Origin: a virus
Lineage: Duplodnaviria > Heunggongvirae > Uroviricota > Caudoviricetes
IMG/VR virus record: IMGVR_UViG_3300021405_000008
Strand: one strand, 5' to 3'
Length of the DNA: 64,000 nucleotides
A program made the translations under genes and the position numbers. The notes beneath the pieces are model-generated. The model ran no database searches. It saw nothing but the letters and a program-made list of their open reading frames with translations, and was not told where the DNA came from. Positions 8,330 through 19,170 of this stretch are shown here, piece after piece (within the stretch, counting starts at the first letter, position 1; every line of letters starts with the position of its first letter).

Positions 8330-11300
8330 TGAAGTAAACATTAGGATTACGGCTACAGATCTGACCGGGCCTGCATTTGCTGCTGCCCTCGCCAAGATGG
8401 AGGCGCTGAAGAGTGCGTCCAAGGGTGCCATTGATACAAGCACTATGTCGGATAACATCGATAGTGTATCAGACAAGATAGACAAGCTCAAGGAAAATAT
8501 CAGTGATATGTCAATCGTCAAGATTGGCACGAGTGAAATTAACTCGTCACTGACGTCAATTAAGTCTAGGGTGCAGTCCCTAGGAATCGCAGACATAGCG
8601 GATATTAACATTCCGCAGGGCAGGATCATCACACAGCTGCAGTTCCTGAAGAGACTTATTCAGCAAGCTGGCATTGCTGACATCATGGACATGAACATTA
8701 ACCAGTCTAGTCTGACTAAGCAGCTAGGATGGATTGGGCAGCTTAGCGAAACAATCCCGGTAAACTTTGATATCGGTAAACTACCCAAGTTTAGTATGAC
8801 GGGGCTTAGTGTCCCCATTAATTATGATGCATCTAAAATTCCGAAGTTTGGCGATGTATCTTCCCTGACGGCATGGGATGATGCAGTAAAGCTCGCGAAT
8901 GCGGATATGGGGCATCTTGCTATATCCTGGGATGATGCGGTTAAAGCTTCCGAGGATATGGGCAGTTCCCTTCGTGACTCTGATAATGCCTTCAGCGATG
9001 CACTAAAGGACGTTCTAGATTATTCTGCTGGCCTTGATGATGGCACTAGGTATGGCGCTATGTTCGGTGATCTTTTCTCGAACATGCTACCTAATCTAGC
9101 TAATATGTGGGATAATGTAACAAACGGTGCTTCGGGTACATATAGAGTCCTGCAGTTTCTCGGGCAGTACATGCAAGATAAAATGCTTAATGCCGCGACT
9201 TCCGCTGGCAATGCGTGGCGTGCCTTCCCGTCTTCTGTCGGTGATGCTTTCAATGCCCTGCGTGATATCGGAAGTTACATGGGCGGTCAGGCCATCACTG
9301 GCGCGAGGCTATATGCAAGCTCTATCGGCGATGGTCTAGTTAGTGCTATGGCATCGGCAGGAAGTGGAACCCGTTCTCTTCTTGGCGACCTCCGTGCTCT
9401 GAGCAGTAGTGGATTCGCAGTAGCTTCCGCCGTCCTATCGCAATTCAATGACAACTTTACCAGGGGTATCCCGATGTGGCAGTCGGGCGGAATCCTATGG
9501 GGCGGGCTTGGAGGACACCTCTCTCTCTTCGGTGGAGCACTTAATGGAATGCTGCCGGCATTTATTGCTACGGCATCCGGCATTCACATGCTCATTGATG
9601 GCATAATTGAAGTTGGCGCGACTCTGATACCTGCTGCACTTGGCCTCGCGGCGTTTGCGGCCGCCGGAGTTGACAGTGCGGATGAGATATACAATCACTT
9701 TGTGAACATGGACAAGGTCATTGATATGACCGGGCAATCTGTGTATCCACTAACTGGTGCATTCTCCAAAATGAATCAGGCCGCTCAGCCAGAGGTGTAT
9801 GTCCTTCTCGGGGAGGGCCTGCAGGTAGTCAATAAGAATGCCGGACTTCTACAGAGCGTAGCGCTAGCCGCCGGATCTGTTCTAGATCAGCTAGGGGCTC
9901 GCTTCACTTATGCGATGACGCAGGGTGCTGGGTTCAGCGGGTTCATGAAGAACTCTGCATCTGACCTGGCTGGCTGGGGTGACCTGATAGGTAACATTGG
10001 TGGCATTCTTGGCAACTTCTTCAAGGTGATGCCGGGTTATGCCGAGGTCATCCTGAATGTTGCGGATGCATTCTCGCACTTTGTGGAGAACGTTACGGGG
10101 TCTGGTATAGGCGAGAAACTGATAGGGATTGGTCTCGCAGCACATGGAGCATTCCTTTACATAGGTCTTCTAGGGACTGCCGCAGCTCTCCTTGTGTCCA
10201 AGACCCTAGCGGGTCTGGCTCCTATGCTACTCAATATTGGATTGGGATTTGGCAAGATCGGGGCTAGTGGCGCAGCTAATGTTATGGGCGACTTTGCAGC
10301 TCAAGCCGAAAGTGCTGCAACTCTGCCATGGGGATGGATTACTATTGCAGCAGCTGCGATAGGTGTCCTTATCTATTCTCTGGTAAATGCGAAAAGTGCC
10401 GCACAGCAGTTTGCCTCGGGAGTCCAGCAGTCTATCACGGCCGTAAAGCTATCTGCACTAGGCTCTACTATAACTGATGATATAACTAATTACAGCACAG
10501 CTCTCTATTATGCGAAGCAGCAGCAAAATGATCTTGCAAGTTCTGCGCACGAAGTAAAGCTACCTGATTTCCATGGTGTAACACATGAAGTAATAGAATA
10601 CTCACAGGCTTATTACCAAGCCAAACAAAATGTTGAAGATTATTCTGCGGTTATTCAGACGGCACAGCAGGACCAATCAATATACAATAGCAATATGAAA
10701 ATTGCTGCTGGTGTATTTGGGAGTGCTAGCAATGCTCTCGCTGCATTTAATAATGCGGGAATAAGTAGCAGCCAATTCCTGACCACAAGTAAGCAGCAAT
10801 TTGCAGAAAGTATTATTGAGGCTGAGGGATACAATGATGCTATCAAGTCGCTAGCTACCGGCACCGGACGGTACGCTGCTGCAATGAATGCTCTGAGTGG
10901 TCCGGAGCAGTTCTTGGGCGACATGCTGCATAGTATCCAGAGCATCACACAGGCGCAGGATAATCTGATGACTGTTGTGACCGAAGGCGAGTCGAGTCTA
11001 GACACGTTCGCTCTTGGACTCGCTACCATGACTAGCAACTTCGGTGCAACGAGCAACGCTGCATCTACTGCTAGTCACACTCTAGGTGATATCAAGAACT
11101 CGGTGAGCCTAGTCGGTGCTGCTATGGGCGGGACTACCCAGGCTGACTATACTATGCAGCAATCATTCTACTCGCAGGTGACTAGCGGCCAGCAGGTAAT
11201 CGATGCACTTGAACAGCAGGAAGCTAGCACCAAGAATCTAACGACGGCGACAGCTACGATAGCCGCGCAGATGATCCCATTCGCTGGCAACAATGACGCA

Positions 11301-12629
11301 GCCCGCGCTACGATTGTTGCAATGATCAATGATGCGCTTGGCCCTGGCACGGTTAGCCTGAAGAACCTGAATACATGGGTCAATAATAATAGCACATCTC
11401 TGCAGGGCCTGAATGGGATCATAGCCCAGTCTACGATTAAGGCCGGGCAGCTCGCCAATGTATTGCAGACACAGCTTACCAGTCAGTTCCAGGCCGACTT
11501 GCTGAAGTCTAGTGGTGCGACCCAAGCCATGCAGCAGTTCACCGATGCCCTGACGCACGGCGGTGATGAGACTAGCGCATATCATAATGCAAGGCAGAAC
11601 CTCATCAATGACCTTGAGAAGACCGGAATTTCCGCACAGGATGCTAAGAGCTATGTGCAGAACTTGCAGGGCCAGATCAATGCGCTGAAGGGCAAGACGG
11701 TTTCGGTCGGTCTACACATGAGTGGTAGCGGCGGGATATCTGAAACTTCTACTCTGCCCGGTATGAGCCAGACTACTGCACATATGGTGCTCGGTGGTCT
11801 CAGTACTGGTGGTCTACTGCCCGGTTTCGGTGGCGGAGACAAACTACTGCGACTCCTGGAGCCTGGCGAGGCTGTCGTCGATAAATACAGGACAAGGAAG
11901 TATGCAGGGCTACTCGCGATGATGGGTGTGCCCGGGATGTCCGCTGGCGGCCTGGTCGATACCGCCGGTGGCTACGGGGTCACATTCACGAAGGACTGGG
12001 AGGGGGCATTCGGACAGTCTGCGGCTAACGACCTAAAATCTGCTCTTGGGAAAATAAAGCCAACGGGCGGTGGCCCGTACCCTTCCGGCGGCGGGAGTGC
12101 TTCTACAAACCAGGCTATCGCCAGGGCTCTCATGCCATCATGGACGGACGTATTTAACTGGACAGACTGGGTCGCGCTTTGGAACCAGGAATCAGGATGG
12201 AACCAGTTTGCGAATAACCCGTCTTCCGGTGCATATGGAATTCCCCAGGCCCTGCCATTCACAAAGATGCCGCAGGCCGCATGGCCGGCCAGCGCGGGCG
12301 GTAGCTCGAACGTATACGCCCAGGAGCAGTGGGGGATCGGATATATCTCTGGGCGTTATGGCAATCCGCAGAATGCCTGGGCGCACGAGTTGCAGTATAA
12401 CTGGTATGACAATGGGGGCTGGCTCAAGCCCGGTATGAACCTGGCCTACAATGGGACCGGAAGACCGGAGCATCTGTCTAATGATACCGGGGGTGGTAGT
12501 GGATCGACTTGCCTCGAAGTGACTGGCGGCAATTCTGATTTTGAACAGTTCATGGTAAAGATGCTAAAGAAGTGGGTCCGTGTTCGTGGCGGAGGTAACG
12601 TGCAGAGTGCGTTCGGGAAGAATAACTGA
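8322..12629 (+). CDS. tape measure protein with C-terminal lytic transglycosylase-like motif
   Basis: 1435 aa, coiled-coil/Ala-Gly-rich, TM-like segments; QESGWN…SSGAYGIPQ motif near C-terminus; position after chaperones. Confidence 0.9.
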   Translation: MANEVNIRITATDLTGPAFAAALAKMEALKSASKGAIDTSTMSDNIDSVSDKIDKLKENISDMSIVKIGTSEINSSLTSIKSRVQSLGIADIADINIPQGRIITQLQFLKRLIQQAGIADIMDMNINQSSLTKQLGWIGQLSETIPVNFDIGKLPKFSMTGLSVPINYDASKIPKFGDVSSLTAWDDAVKLANADMGHLAISWDDAVKASEDMGSSLRDSDNAFSDALKDVLDYSAGLDDGTRYGAMFGDLFSNMLPNLANMWDNVTNGASGTYRVLQFLGQYMQDKMLNAATSAGNAWRAFPSSVGDAFNALRDIGSYMGGQAITGARLYASSIGDGLVSAMASAGSGTRSLLGDLRALSSSGFAVASAVLSQFNDNFTRGIPMWQSGGILWGGLGGHLSLFGGALNGMLPAFIATASGIHMLIDGIIEVGATLIPAALGLAAFAAAGVDSADEIYNHFVNMDKVIDMTGQSVYPLTGAFSKMNQAAQPEVYVLLGEGLQVVNKNAGLLQSVALAAGSVLDQLGARFTYAMTQGAGFSGFMKNSASDLAGWGDLIGNIGGILGNFFKVMPGYAEVILNVADAFSHFVENVTGSGIGEKLIGIGLAAHGAFLYIGLLGTAAALLVSKTLAGLAPMLLNIGLGFGKIGASGAANVMGDFAAQAESAATLPWGWITIAAAAIGVLIYSLVNAKSAAQQFASGVQQSITAVKLSALGSTITDDITNYSTALYYAKQQQNDLASSAHEVKLPDFHGVTHEVIEYSQAYYQAKQNVEDYSAVIQTAQQDQSIYNSNMKIAAGVFGSASNALAAFNNAGISSSQFLTTSKQQFAESIIEAEGYNDAIKSLATGTGRYAAAMNALSGPEQFLGDMLHSIQSITQAQDNLMTVVTEGESSLDTFALGLATMTSNFGATSNAASTASHTLGDIKNSVSLVGAAMGGTTQADYTMQQSFYSQVTSGQQVIDALEQQEASTKNLTTATATIAAQMIPFAGNNDAARATIVAMINDALGPGTVSLKNLNTWVNNNSTSLQGLNGIIAQSTIKAGQLANVLQTQLTSQFQADLLKSSGATQAMQQFTDALTHGGDETSAYHNARQNLINDLEKTGISAQDAKSYVQNLQGQINALKGKTVSVGLHMSGSGGISETSTLPGMSQTTAHMVLGGLSTGGLLPGFGGGDKLLRLLEPGEAVVDKYRTRKYAGLLAMMGVPGMSAGGLVDTAGGYGVTFTKDWEGAFGQSAANDLKSALGKIKPTGGGPYPSGGGSASTNQAIARALMPSWTDVFNWTDWVALWNQESGWNQFANNPSSGAYGIPQALPFTKMPQAAWPASAGGSSNVYAQEQWGIGYISGRYGNPQNAWAHELQYNWYDNGGWLKPGMNLAYNGTGRPEHLSNDTGGGSGSTCLEVTGGNSDFEQFMVKMLKKWVRVRGGGNVQSAFGKNN

Positions 12630-15600
12630 TGGTAGCTCCGTTCCCGGCTAATATCCTCGGCGTCAAAGTCGAGCTATTGGTCAATGCTACGTGGACTGAT
12701 ATATCTACGTATGTTTATCAGCGTAATCCAATACAGATAACCGGCATTGGTCGAGCCGATGAGCAGTCTACGATACAGGCTGCTCAGGCAACACTCACTC
12801 TGAATAACCGAGATGGGCGTTTCAGCCCGATTAATACATCCGGGGCTTACTACCCGTACATCACTCGAAATACTCAGCTCCGGATTTCGGTGAACTCCGA
12901 GTCCTCCACTTTTGTTACTTATAGTGGATATCGATTCTGGGGCGAGGTATCTGAATGGCCGCCAGCCTTTGACTCTACCGGCACTGATGTATATGCCAAC
13001 ATTACGGTTAGCGGTATCGTACGGCGTCTGTCACAGAATACAGTAACAATAGGCAGCCCCTATTACCGGTACAATATGATTAGCCTGACCGGTTCTAGCG
13101 CCCCGCATGCTTACTGGGCCATGGAGGATGGCTCTGGATCAACAGCCTGGGTCGCGGCTCTACCGGGCGAGTCTAATGGTACATTTAGCGGAGGTCCGCC
13201 CAGCTTCGGGGCTGTATCTAATTTCCAGGGCAGTGATGCGATCTGCCAGCTAAATGCATCGATATCTACATTCACAGTTCCTTCTGGTGGGACCCCAACA
13301 AATAATGTAACCAGATATCTTCTGTACGTGCCGACTGGTGGTGATAGTGCCTCGGGTACTTCCGATTGGTGTATATCAGAGACCGATAGCTCCGGTACAG
13401 TTGCAAAACTTGAAGTGTATCTGAATTTCAATGGCACGCTGACTATTGATGGCAGGAACTCCGGCGGAACCATTCTGTTTACTGGAACAACCACCGGTAA
13501 CTACCAGGGGGTTGCGATACTGGTAAGCGCGGAGCTTACCCCGTCTGGATCTAATATTGCCTGGGCGCTCCGTGTTATCAAACCGGGAGCATCATCCATT
13601 ACGGAGAGCGTAACTGGCACCTACTCTACGTCCTCCACTATTGCTGCTGTGTCTAAGGTCCTGATAAATCGTGCAGGAGTGCTGTATAGTACGGCCGTCG
13701 GGCACCTATACGTTGATTATCAGGTGCCAAGTCTTACCAGTGCTCAGTATCCTCTGAATGGGTACATCGGTGAATATGCCATGGACCGGTTCACTCGGCT
13801 TTGCTCTGAATTGGGAATTGCATCTGAGACCATAGGGACTAACACTAGTACTGCTACCATGGGCCCGCAGGTCGATGATACAATCATGAACGTTTTGCAG
13901 TTGATTGAGAATACTGACTGTGGCTTGCTATATGAAAGTAGAGATCAGTTTGGACTTGGTTATCGTTCCCTAGCTAGTATGCAAAGTCAATCGGCTGCAC
14001 TCGTAGTTAGCTTCACTAGTGCAACTCTAGCTGGCTCGATGACCCCAACCTACGATGATCAGATGGCAAGGAATAATGTATCTGTATCCAACTATGACGG
14101 ATTCACGGTAAATGCTATCCTGACCGTTGGAGTTATGAGTGTACAGGCTCCGCCAAATGGCATTGGGCCCGGATACAATTATTCCCGTAATGTAAGTACA
14201 TCACTAGACTCGCAGATTTCCGGGATAGCGAACTGGCTACTGCTGCAGGGCACGGTAAGTCAGGAGCGTTACCCCACTGTTCAATTTGATCTTTCAAGAT
14301 CGCAGGTTGCTTCGTTCTTCTCGTCAATTCCCTCGATGCGGATTGGCGACTACCTGCAGATCACGAATCCGCCATCGTTCCTTGTAAACACTACGATACA
14401 GCAATTGGTGTTCGGATGGTCCGAAACTATAAATGCTCTCACATGGACCATAACATTCAACACCGTTCCTGAAATTCCGTACAGTAGCGGTTACTCGCCT
14501 GGTACTGTTGTTTCGAATCAGGTCATAGGATCGCCCGTATCTGGGAATACTTCGGCTAGTACATCTAATATTGAAGGCCTGATCCAGAATGCTATTCTCC
14601 AATCGGAGATGCTAGGGCAGGCTATCGTATCGCTATCTCCGGATAGCCAGCTAGTCACGATTAGCTCTACTGCTCCGGCCACCCCTAACAACGGAGACAT
14701 ATGGATTAATAGCACCACCGGACTAATTAGCCAATGGGAATCCGGGGCGTGGCAGCCAACCACCTTCAATGCTACTGATGTTATTCAAGCTGGTACAATC
14801 ATATCATCCCTAATCCAGGCTGGCACGATTGTTGCGAGCAATATTGCTGCCAACACTATTACCGGTAGCAATATTGCCGCCAATACGATTTCTGCAGGGG
14901 AACTTGTTAGTGGAATTGTAGTTGCCGGAATTGTAAATGCCACTACAATTACCGGTGCACAGTTTATAGCAACTGGCACTAGTGAAAGCTATATGGCATA
15001 CTCCGGTACCCCGACTACTGGCAACCTGCTTGTGTCTATTTCCGGGGTGTCCGGAACCGATGCTTACAGTAATTCGTTCCCACAGGGATTGCAGGTTGTT
15101 GGTAGCCTGGTACTGGGTACCACATCTGGCAGTAGCCCTTCTGCTAGTCCAATCGGAACGACAATATGGTCTGATGCTGTAGGGGTGCCGGCCTTTACAA
15201 GCCCGAATGGCACCATCGGTCGCATGGTAGCTTCAACGGGGCAGAATGCTGCGGGGAGTAGCAATGCTACTTCAAGCATGAATTATCTCACCCCGGCCTA
15301 TGTGATCGAGGCTAATGATACGATACAGTTTACGGCATATCGGATAAGCTGTGGCGGACATGGGACGATGGGGTCAACCTCAGTTGCCCTGAAATTTCAG
15401 ATATTCACATTTAACACTGTAATGGGTCTTACACAAACAGGACCAGACCTGGCTACAAGTAATGGATTCCACTGGCATTGTATTGCGCAGATAGTATTCG
15501 GAAGTGGTGGATCAAGTGCTGCTGCTACACTGTCAGGATTCTTCACCTGGACGACTTCAGTGGCTGGTAGTTCCAGCAAAAGTTATGCATTTGACTTGCA

Positions 15601-15724
15601 GAGCACATCCGGTCTTGACTGCACTTCGACAACTAATATTGGATTTCAGGCTGGCTGGGTGGCAACTACTGGTAGCCCAAGCATTGTTTGCACCAACTCG
15701 ATAGTGGAAAGGCTAGGCATATGA
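12629..15724 (+). CDS. minor tail protein (distal tail/tip protein with beta-helix-like repeats)
   Basis: 1031 aa, TGATG overlap with tape measure stop; internal IQAGTII/ANTITGSNIAANTI repeats. Confidence 0.65.
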   Translation: MVAPFPANILGVKVELLVNATWTDISTYVYQRNPIQITGIGRADEQSTIQAAQATLTLNNRDGRFSPINTSGAYYPYITRNTQLRISVNSESSTFVTYSGYRFWGEVSEWPPAFDSTGTDVYANITVSGIVRRLSQNTVTIGSPYYRYNMISLTGSSAPHAYWAMEDGSGSTAWVAALPGESNGTFSGGPPSFGAVSNFQGSDAICQLNASISTFTVPSGGTPTNNVTRYLLYVPTGGDSASGTSDWCISETDSSGTVAKLEVYLNFNGTLTIDGRNSGGTILFTGTTTGNYQGVAILVSAELTPSGSNIAWALRVIKPGASSITESVTGTYSTSSTIAAVSKVLINRAGVLYSTAVGHLYVDYQVPSLTSAQYPLNGYIGEYAMDRFTRLCSELGIASETIGTNTSTATMGPQVDDTIMNVLQLIENTDCGLLYESRDQFGLGYRSLASMQSQSAALVVSFTSATLAGSMTPTYDDQMARNNVSVSNYDGFTVNAILTVGVMSVQAPPNGIGPGYNYSRNVSTSLDSQISGIANWLLLQGTVSQERYPTVQFDLSRSQVASFFSSIPSMRIGDYLQITNPPSFLVNTTIQQLVFGWSETINALTWTITFNTVPEIPYSSGYSPGTVVSNQVIGSPVSGNTSASTSNIEGLIQNAILQSEMLGQAIVSLSPDSQLVTISSTAPATPNNGDIWINSTTGLISQWESGAWQPTTFNATDVIQAGTIISSLIQAGTIVASNIAANTITGSNIAANTISAGELVSGIVVAGIVNATTITGAQFIATGTSESYMAYSGTPTTGNLLVSISGVSGTDAYSNSFPQGLQVVGSLVLGTTSGSSPSASPIGTTIWSDAVGVPAFTSPNGTIGRMVASTGQNAAGSSNATSSMNYLTPAYVIEANDTIQFTAYRISCGGHGTMGSTSVALKFQIFTFNTVMGLTQTGPDLATSNGFHWHCIAQIVFGSGGSSAAATLSGFFTWTTSVAGSSSKSYAFDLQSTSGLDCTSTTNIGFQAGWVATTGSPSIVCTNSIVERLGI

Positions 15725-16044
15725 CCGTCGGAGCACAGTCTAATTCGGCATCAATAAGTCAGAACATCACCAACCTCTCAGTCGCGCTACGTAACCTGCT
15801 ACAGTCGGCATCAAATCTATCACTGCAGATAAATGGTACGGGTACCGGCCTCGCGACTCTTGAGGCAATGGGTTTTGGTTCTACCGCGAATGATGCAAAT
15901 CCTGGAAGTATCAGTGATGCAGCTTACGCACTACAGCTCATAGGGTACCTGAATACTATAGCTGAAATATACTATGGCGATGCCACTCAGCCTGCCACAT
16001 TTGATTACAACAACGCTCTTGCTGCAATGTGGGCGGGGCAGTGA
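15721..16044 (+). CDS. hypothetical protein
   Basis: ATGA overlap with previous stop; 107 aa. Confidence 0.4.
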   Translation: MTVGAQSNSASISQNITNLSVALRNLLQSASNLSLQINGTGTGLATLEAMGFGSTANDANPGSISDAAYALQLIGYLNTIAEIYYGDATQPATFDYNNALAAMWAGQ

Positions 16045-16433
16045 CCAATGCTGTTCCATCTGTTAATGAAATGCAGTATCTCATCGGAACCTACTCCTCG
16101 GCTTCAGGGATTTCGATAGGTGAGATATCAACATTCATAGGCATATTCGTATTCGTAGTTGCAATTACCGGCGGAGTTGTAACATATATTTTGAGGAGGC
16201 GCGAGACAACCGGAACCACTAGGACTAGTGAGGCTACAGTCCTATGGGATCAGGCACAGAAAATGCGTGCCGAACTAACTTCGCAGATTGAGAGGCTTAC
16301 TGAGCAAAGGGACCGTCTCATTGAACTGCAAACATCTCAGACTGTGCCGGTCCTACATATGATCATAGATGCACTGAAAGAGATTACAGACTCCCTAGCT
16401 CGCATAGATGGAAAACTAAATGGAAAGAAATGA
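16029..16433 (+). CDS. membrane protein, holin-like candidate
   Basis: 134 aa; one TM helix FIGIFVFVVAITGGVVTYIL followed by charged coiled-coil. Confidence 0.4.
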   Translation: MGGAVTNAVPSVNEMQYLIGTYSSASGISIGEISTFIGIFVFVVAITGGVVTYILRRRETTGTTRTSEATVLWDQAQKMRAELTSQIERLTEQRDRLIELQTSQTVPVLHMIIDALKEITDSLARIDGKLNGKK

Positions 16434-16571
16434 GCACAAGAAGGATGAAGAGATTGACGAGCTAATAGAACAAGCGGAAAAGATAATGGGGGACCTCAGC
16501 GAGACCGTGGAGGACATGAAAAGTATCCTCGCGGGCGTACTCGGACAGGACCCGGGACACGGGGAGCAATA

Positions 16572-17024
16572 GTGGCAGGTACAGGTAACGGCCATGAGGC
16601 CGAAAGGAAAATAGATGCCGATGAGGCTGCACGTAAGGCTATGGTGCTTGCCGAGTCACTGTCCCAGTCTATGGACAAGATTTCCAAGAGCCTTGCAAAT
16701 CTCAAGAAAACCAAGGCAAGTCGTAGGCTAGTTGTATCACTTGTGATATCGATCATCCTCGATGTTGCACTCACAATCGGACTTACATACAATAGTGTGC
16801 AGGAGGCGGGCACACAAAAATCTGTGCAGCAAGTAAATCTCACCCAGTGTGATCAAAGTAATACTGACCGGCAGGAAGACAAGCTAGTCTGGGATACATT
16901 CATCAATGATATAGTTCCGCCAGGGACAAAGATATCCAAGACGGCTGCTGATGATATAAAGAAGCTGCGATCTCTAATATCCCAAAAGGATACACTAAGG
17001 GACTGCAAGGATCTCTACGGTTAG
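16572..17024 (+). CDS. membrane protein
   Basis: 150 aa, GTG start; TM segment LVVSLVISIILDVALTIGL. Confidence 0.4.
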   Translation: MAGTGNGHEAERKIDADEAARKAMVLAESLSQSMDKISKSLANLKKTKASRRLVVSLVISIILDVALTIGLTYNSVQEAGTQKSVQQVNLTQCDQSNTDRQEDKLVWDTFINDIVPPGTKISKTAADDIKKLRSLISQKDTLRDCKDLYG

Positions 17025-17026
17025 GG

Positions 17027-17755
17027 GTGCACGTGACTGTCCCAAATGGTGACATTTCATCAATGCTTAGCATGATTCATGACGCTATGCATGCCGAAAT
17101 GTCATCTATGGAGCAGCTACTGAATTCCAAAATAGATGCGGCTTCTGAGGCAAGAGTTATTCTTCTTGATGGCCTTGAGACGAGAACTAGACTGCTACAG
17201 GAGGAAATAGATCGGCGGTTCAGTTCATTGCAGAATCTTATGGATGAGAGGCGCGACAGCTCCTTGCTTTCCGATAGGCTTCTGCAGGAAGAACTAGACC
17301 GACGCATGTCAGAGTCTGAAAGGATGAATTCCCATAGGCATAACAGTCTTAGAGAACTCATGATAAATGGGCAGCACGCGGCTCATGAGGCTGTGGCTGC
17401 AGCACTGGCATCAGCAGAGAAGGCGGTGGGCAAGGCAGAGCTAGCGGCAGAGCGCCGTTTCGAAAGTGTCAATGAATTTCGGAAAACGCTATCCGATCAG
17501 ACATCAACATTCATTCCGCGTGCGGAATATGATGCATCAAATAGTGCGATAGAAAGCAAAGTTTCTATCAACTCTGATCGGGTGAGCGCACTAGAGCTAA
17601 GACTGACAAGTCGCCTTGATCGAGGCGAGGGCTCCGAAGATGGGGCTAATGTGCAAAGACAGGAAACTCGTCTGAACGTAGGTGCTGCTGTTTCCATAGC
17701 TGCACTGCTGATTACCGTTCTGACATTCATTATCCTGTATGTTATCAAGAAGTGA
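17027..17755 (+). CDS. coiled-coil protein with C-terminal membrane anchor
   Basis: 242 aa; long heptad-like region, C-terminal TM AVSIAALLITVLTFIILYVIKK. Confidence 0.4.
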   Translation: MHVTVPNGDISSMLSMIHDAMHAEMSSMEQLLNSKIDAASEARVILLDGLETRTRLLQEEIDRRFSSLQNLMDERRDSSLLSDRLLQEELDRRMSESERMNSHRHNSLRELMINGQHAAHEAVAAALASAEKAVGKAELAAERRFESVNEFRKTLSDQTSTFIPRAEYDASNSAIESKVSINSDRVSALELRLTSRLDRGEGSEDGANVQRQETRLNVGAAVSIAALLITVLTFIILYVIKK

Positions 17756-17764
17756 GGTCACGGA

Positions 17765-18712
17765 ATGATTGTCGATTACTCAACTGCTAGGCCCACAATG
17801 GCTGCACTGAAATCGGCAGGGGTAACCGCCGTCGGCCGGTACATCGGATGGGACTCTGTGCCCGGTTACAAGAGCATAGGGAAAAATATCACTACGGCCG
17901 AGGCCGCCGAACTGCGTGGTGTGGGGATATCGATCTTCCTTGCATTTGAATATGCAGCTAATGCGGCAGTAAATGGTGCTACGCAAGGCACCTCTGACGG
18001 CGGTCTCGCTATTGCGCAGCTAATTGCGCTTTCTGCTCCTATGGGTATGGCGGTCTACTTCGCGGTTGACTTCGATATTCCCGACTACGCCCCCGGCCTA
18101 CCCGATATCCCCGCTAATGCCCGGGCAAAGCTAGGGCCGGTAGCCGACTACTTCGCGGCTATCGTCAATCTGAAGCCACCGTATGAAGTCGGAGTGTACG
18201 GCGGATACTACGCGGTAAACCGACTACTCAATGCGGGCCTAGTCACAAAGGCCTGGCAGGCCACGGCATGGTCCGGGGGAAATCTTGACCCGCGTGCCGT
18301 TCTCTATCAGACTACCTCTGCTGCACCGGTATCGGGCGGCGATACCGATATCAGGGGGCATGCCACTACCGTTGAGGATTACGGGCAGTGGCCTCGTCCA
18401 TCAATTACTCCTCCGAAACCAGGACCAGTACCACAAGGGAGCGGAATGGCATACGTCCTTGATCTACCCGATAAACTCGCTCGCGTTCTGCCGGTACCGA
18501 CTGGATGCGCGAAGATGGTGGTATACGCTGACTCTGCGGCGTCAACTGTATCACCAATCATTAGAGTCGGTTTCGGCCCCGCATGGTCCGAGGTGGAGGT
18601 AAAACCAACATGGAGTAGTCCATCCGTAATTACCGTGCCTCCTGGTGAAAGTAGGGTGACTATTTCACGCCAGGATGTGGGATCGGTTCCAGTCACAATC
18701 GATTTCCCGTAG
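17765..18712 (+). CDS. putative endolysin, glycoside hydrolase-like (GH25/DUF1906-like) domain
   Basis: 315 aa; N-terminal VDYSTARP…AGVTAVGRYIGW resembles glycoside-hydrolase-like lysin domains; follows TM proteins. Confidence 0.45.
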   Translation: MIVDYSTARPTMAALKSAGVTAVGRYIGWDSVPGYKSIGKNITTAEAAELRGVGISIFLAFEYAANAAVNGATQGTSDGGLAIAQLIALSAPMGMAVYFAVDFDIPDYAPGLPDIPANARAKLGPVADYFAAIVNLKPPYEVGVYGGYYAVNRLLNAGLVTKAWQATAWSGGNLDPRAVLYQTTSAAPVSGGDTDIRGHATTVEDYGQWPRPSITPPKPGPVPQGSGMAYVLDLPDKLARVLPVPTGCAKMVVYADSAASTVSPIIRVGFGPAWSEVEVKPTWSSPSVITVPPGESRVTISRQDVGSVPVTIDFP

Positions 18713-18746
18713 GGTATACTAGAACCCTACCGCAATAGGAGTCCTC

Positions 18747-19085
18747 ATGTGGGGATGGCCATGGGAGAATGATGTATCAAGTCTCCAGGCACAAATCAAT
18801 GAACTCAACAAGAAAGTGAATGCTATGACTACCGCCCAGAACGATGTTGACAATGCTACCGCTGCTCTCCAGGCAGTTGCTGCAGACCTGACTACGGCCG
18901 CTACCACGATTCAGACGGAGCTGACGGCTGCTGCTGCCGCTGCTGGAGTAACCGTCAATACCTCGGGGCTTGACTCTGCGGTGACAGCTCTCCAGACCGC
19001 GCAGGCGGCGATCGATGCCCTGGAGACTTCGACGACTACCCCGACGACTACCCCGACCACACCGACGCCGACGCCATCTAGCTGA
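18747..19085 (+). CDS. small coiled-coil protein with Pro/Thr-rich tail
   Basis: 112 aa; Ala/Thr-rich helical region then TTTPTTTPTTPTPTP. Confidence 0.4.
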   Translation: MWGWPWENDVSSLQAQINELNKKVNAMTTAQNDVDNATAALQAVAADLTTAATTIQTELTAAAAAAGVTVNTSGLDSAVTALQTAQAAIDALETSTTTPTTTPTTPTPTPSS

Positions 19086-19170
19086 TATCCGTGAACCGGT
19101 AGCGCGCCGACGCGGCGCGCGGTAGGGTATCGTACGCCCGGCAGGTAGCATCGATTGCTATCTGCCGGGC

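Noticed and set aside
8018-8632. 204-aa minus-strand ORF at the start of the tape measure gene
   Set aside because: It is antisense to a strongly supported + strand gene within a unidirectional structural operon, with no RBS or motif support.
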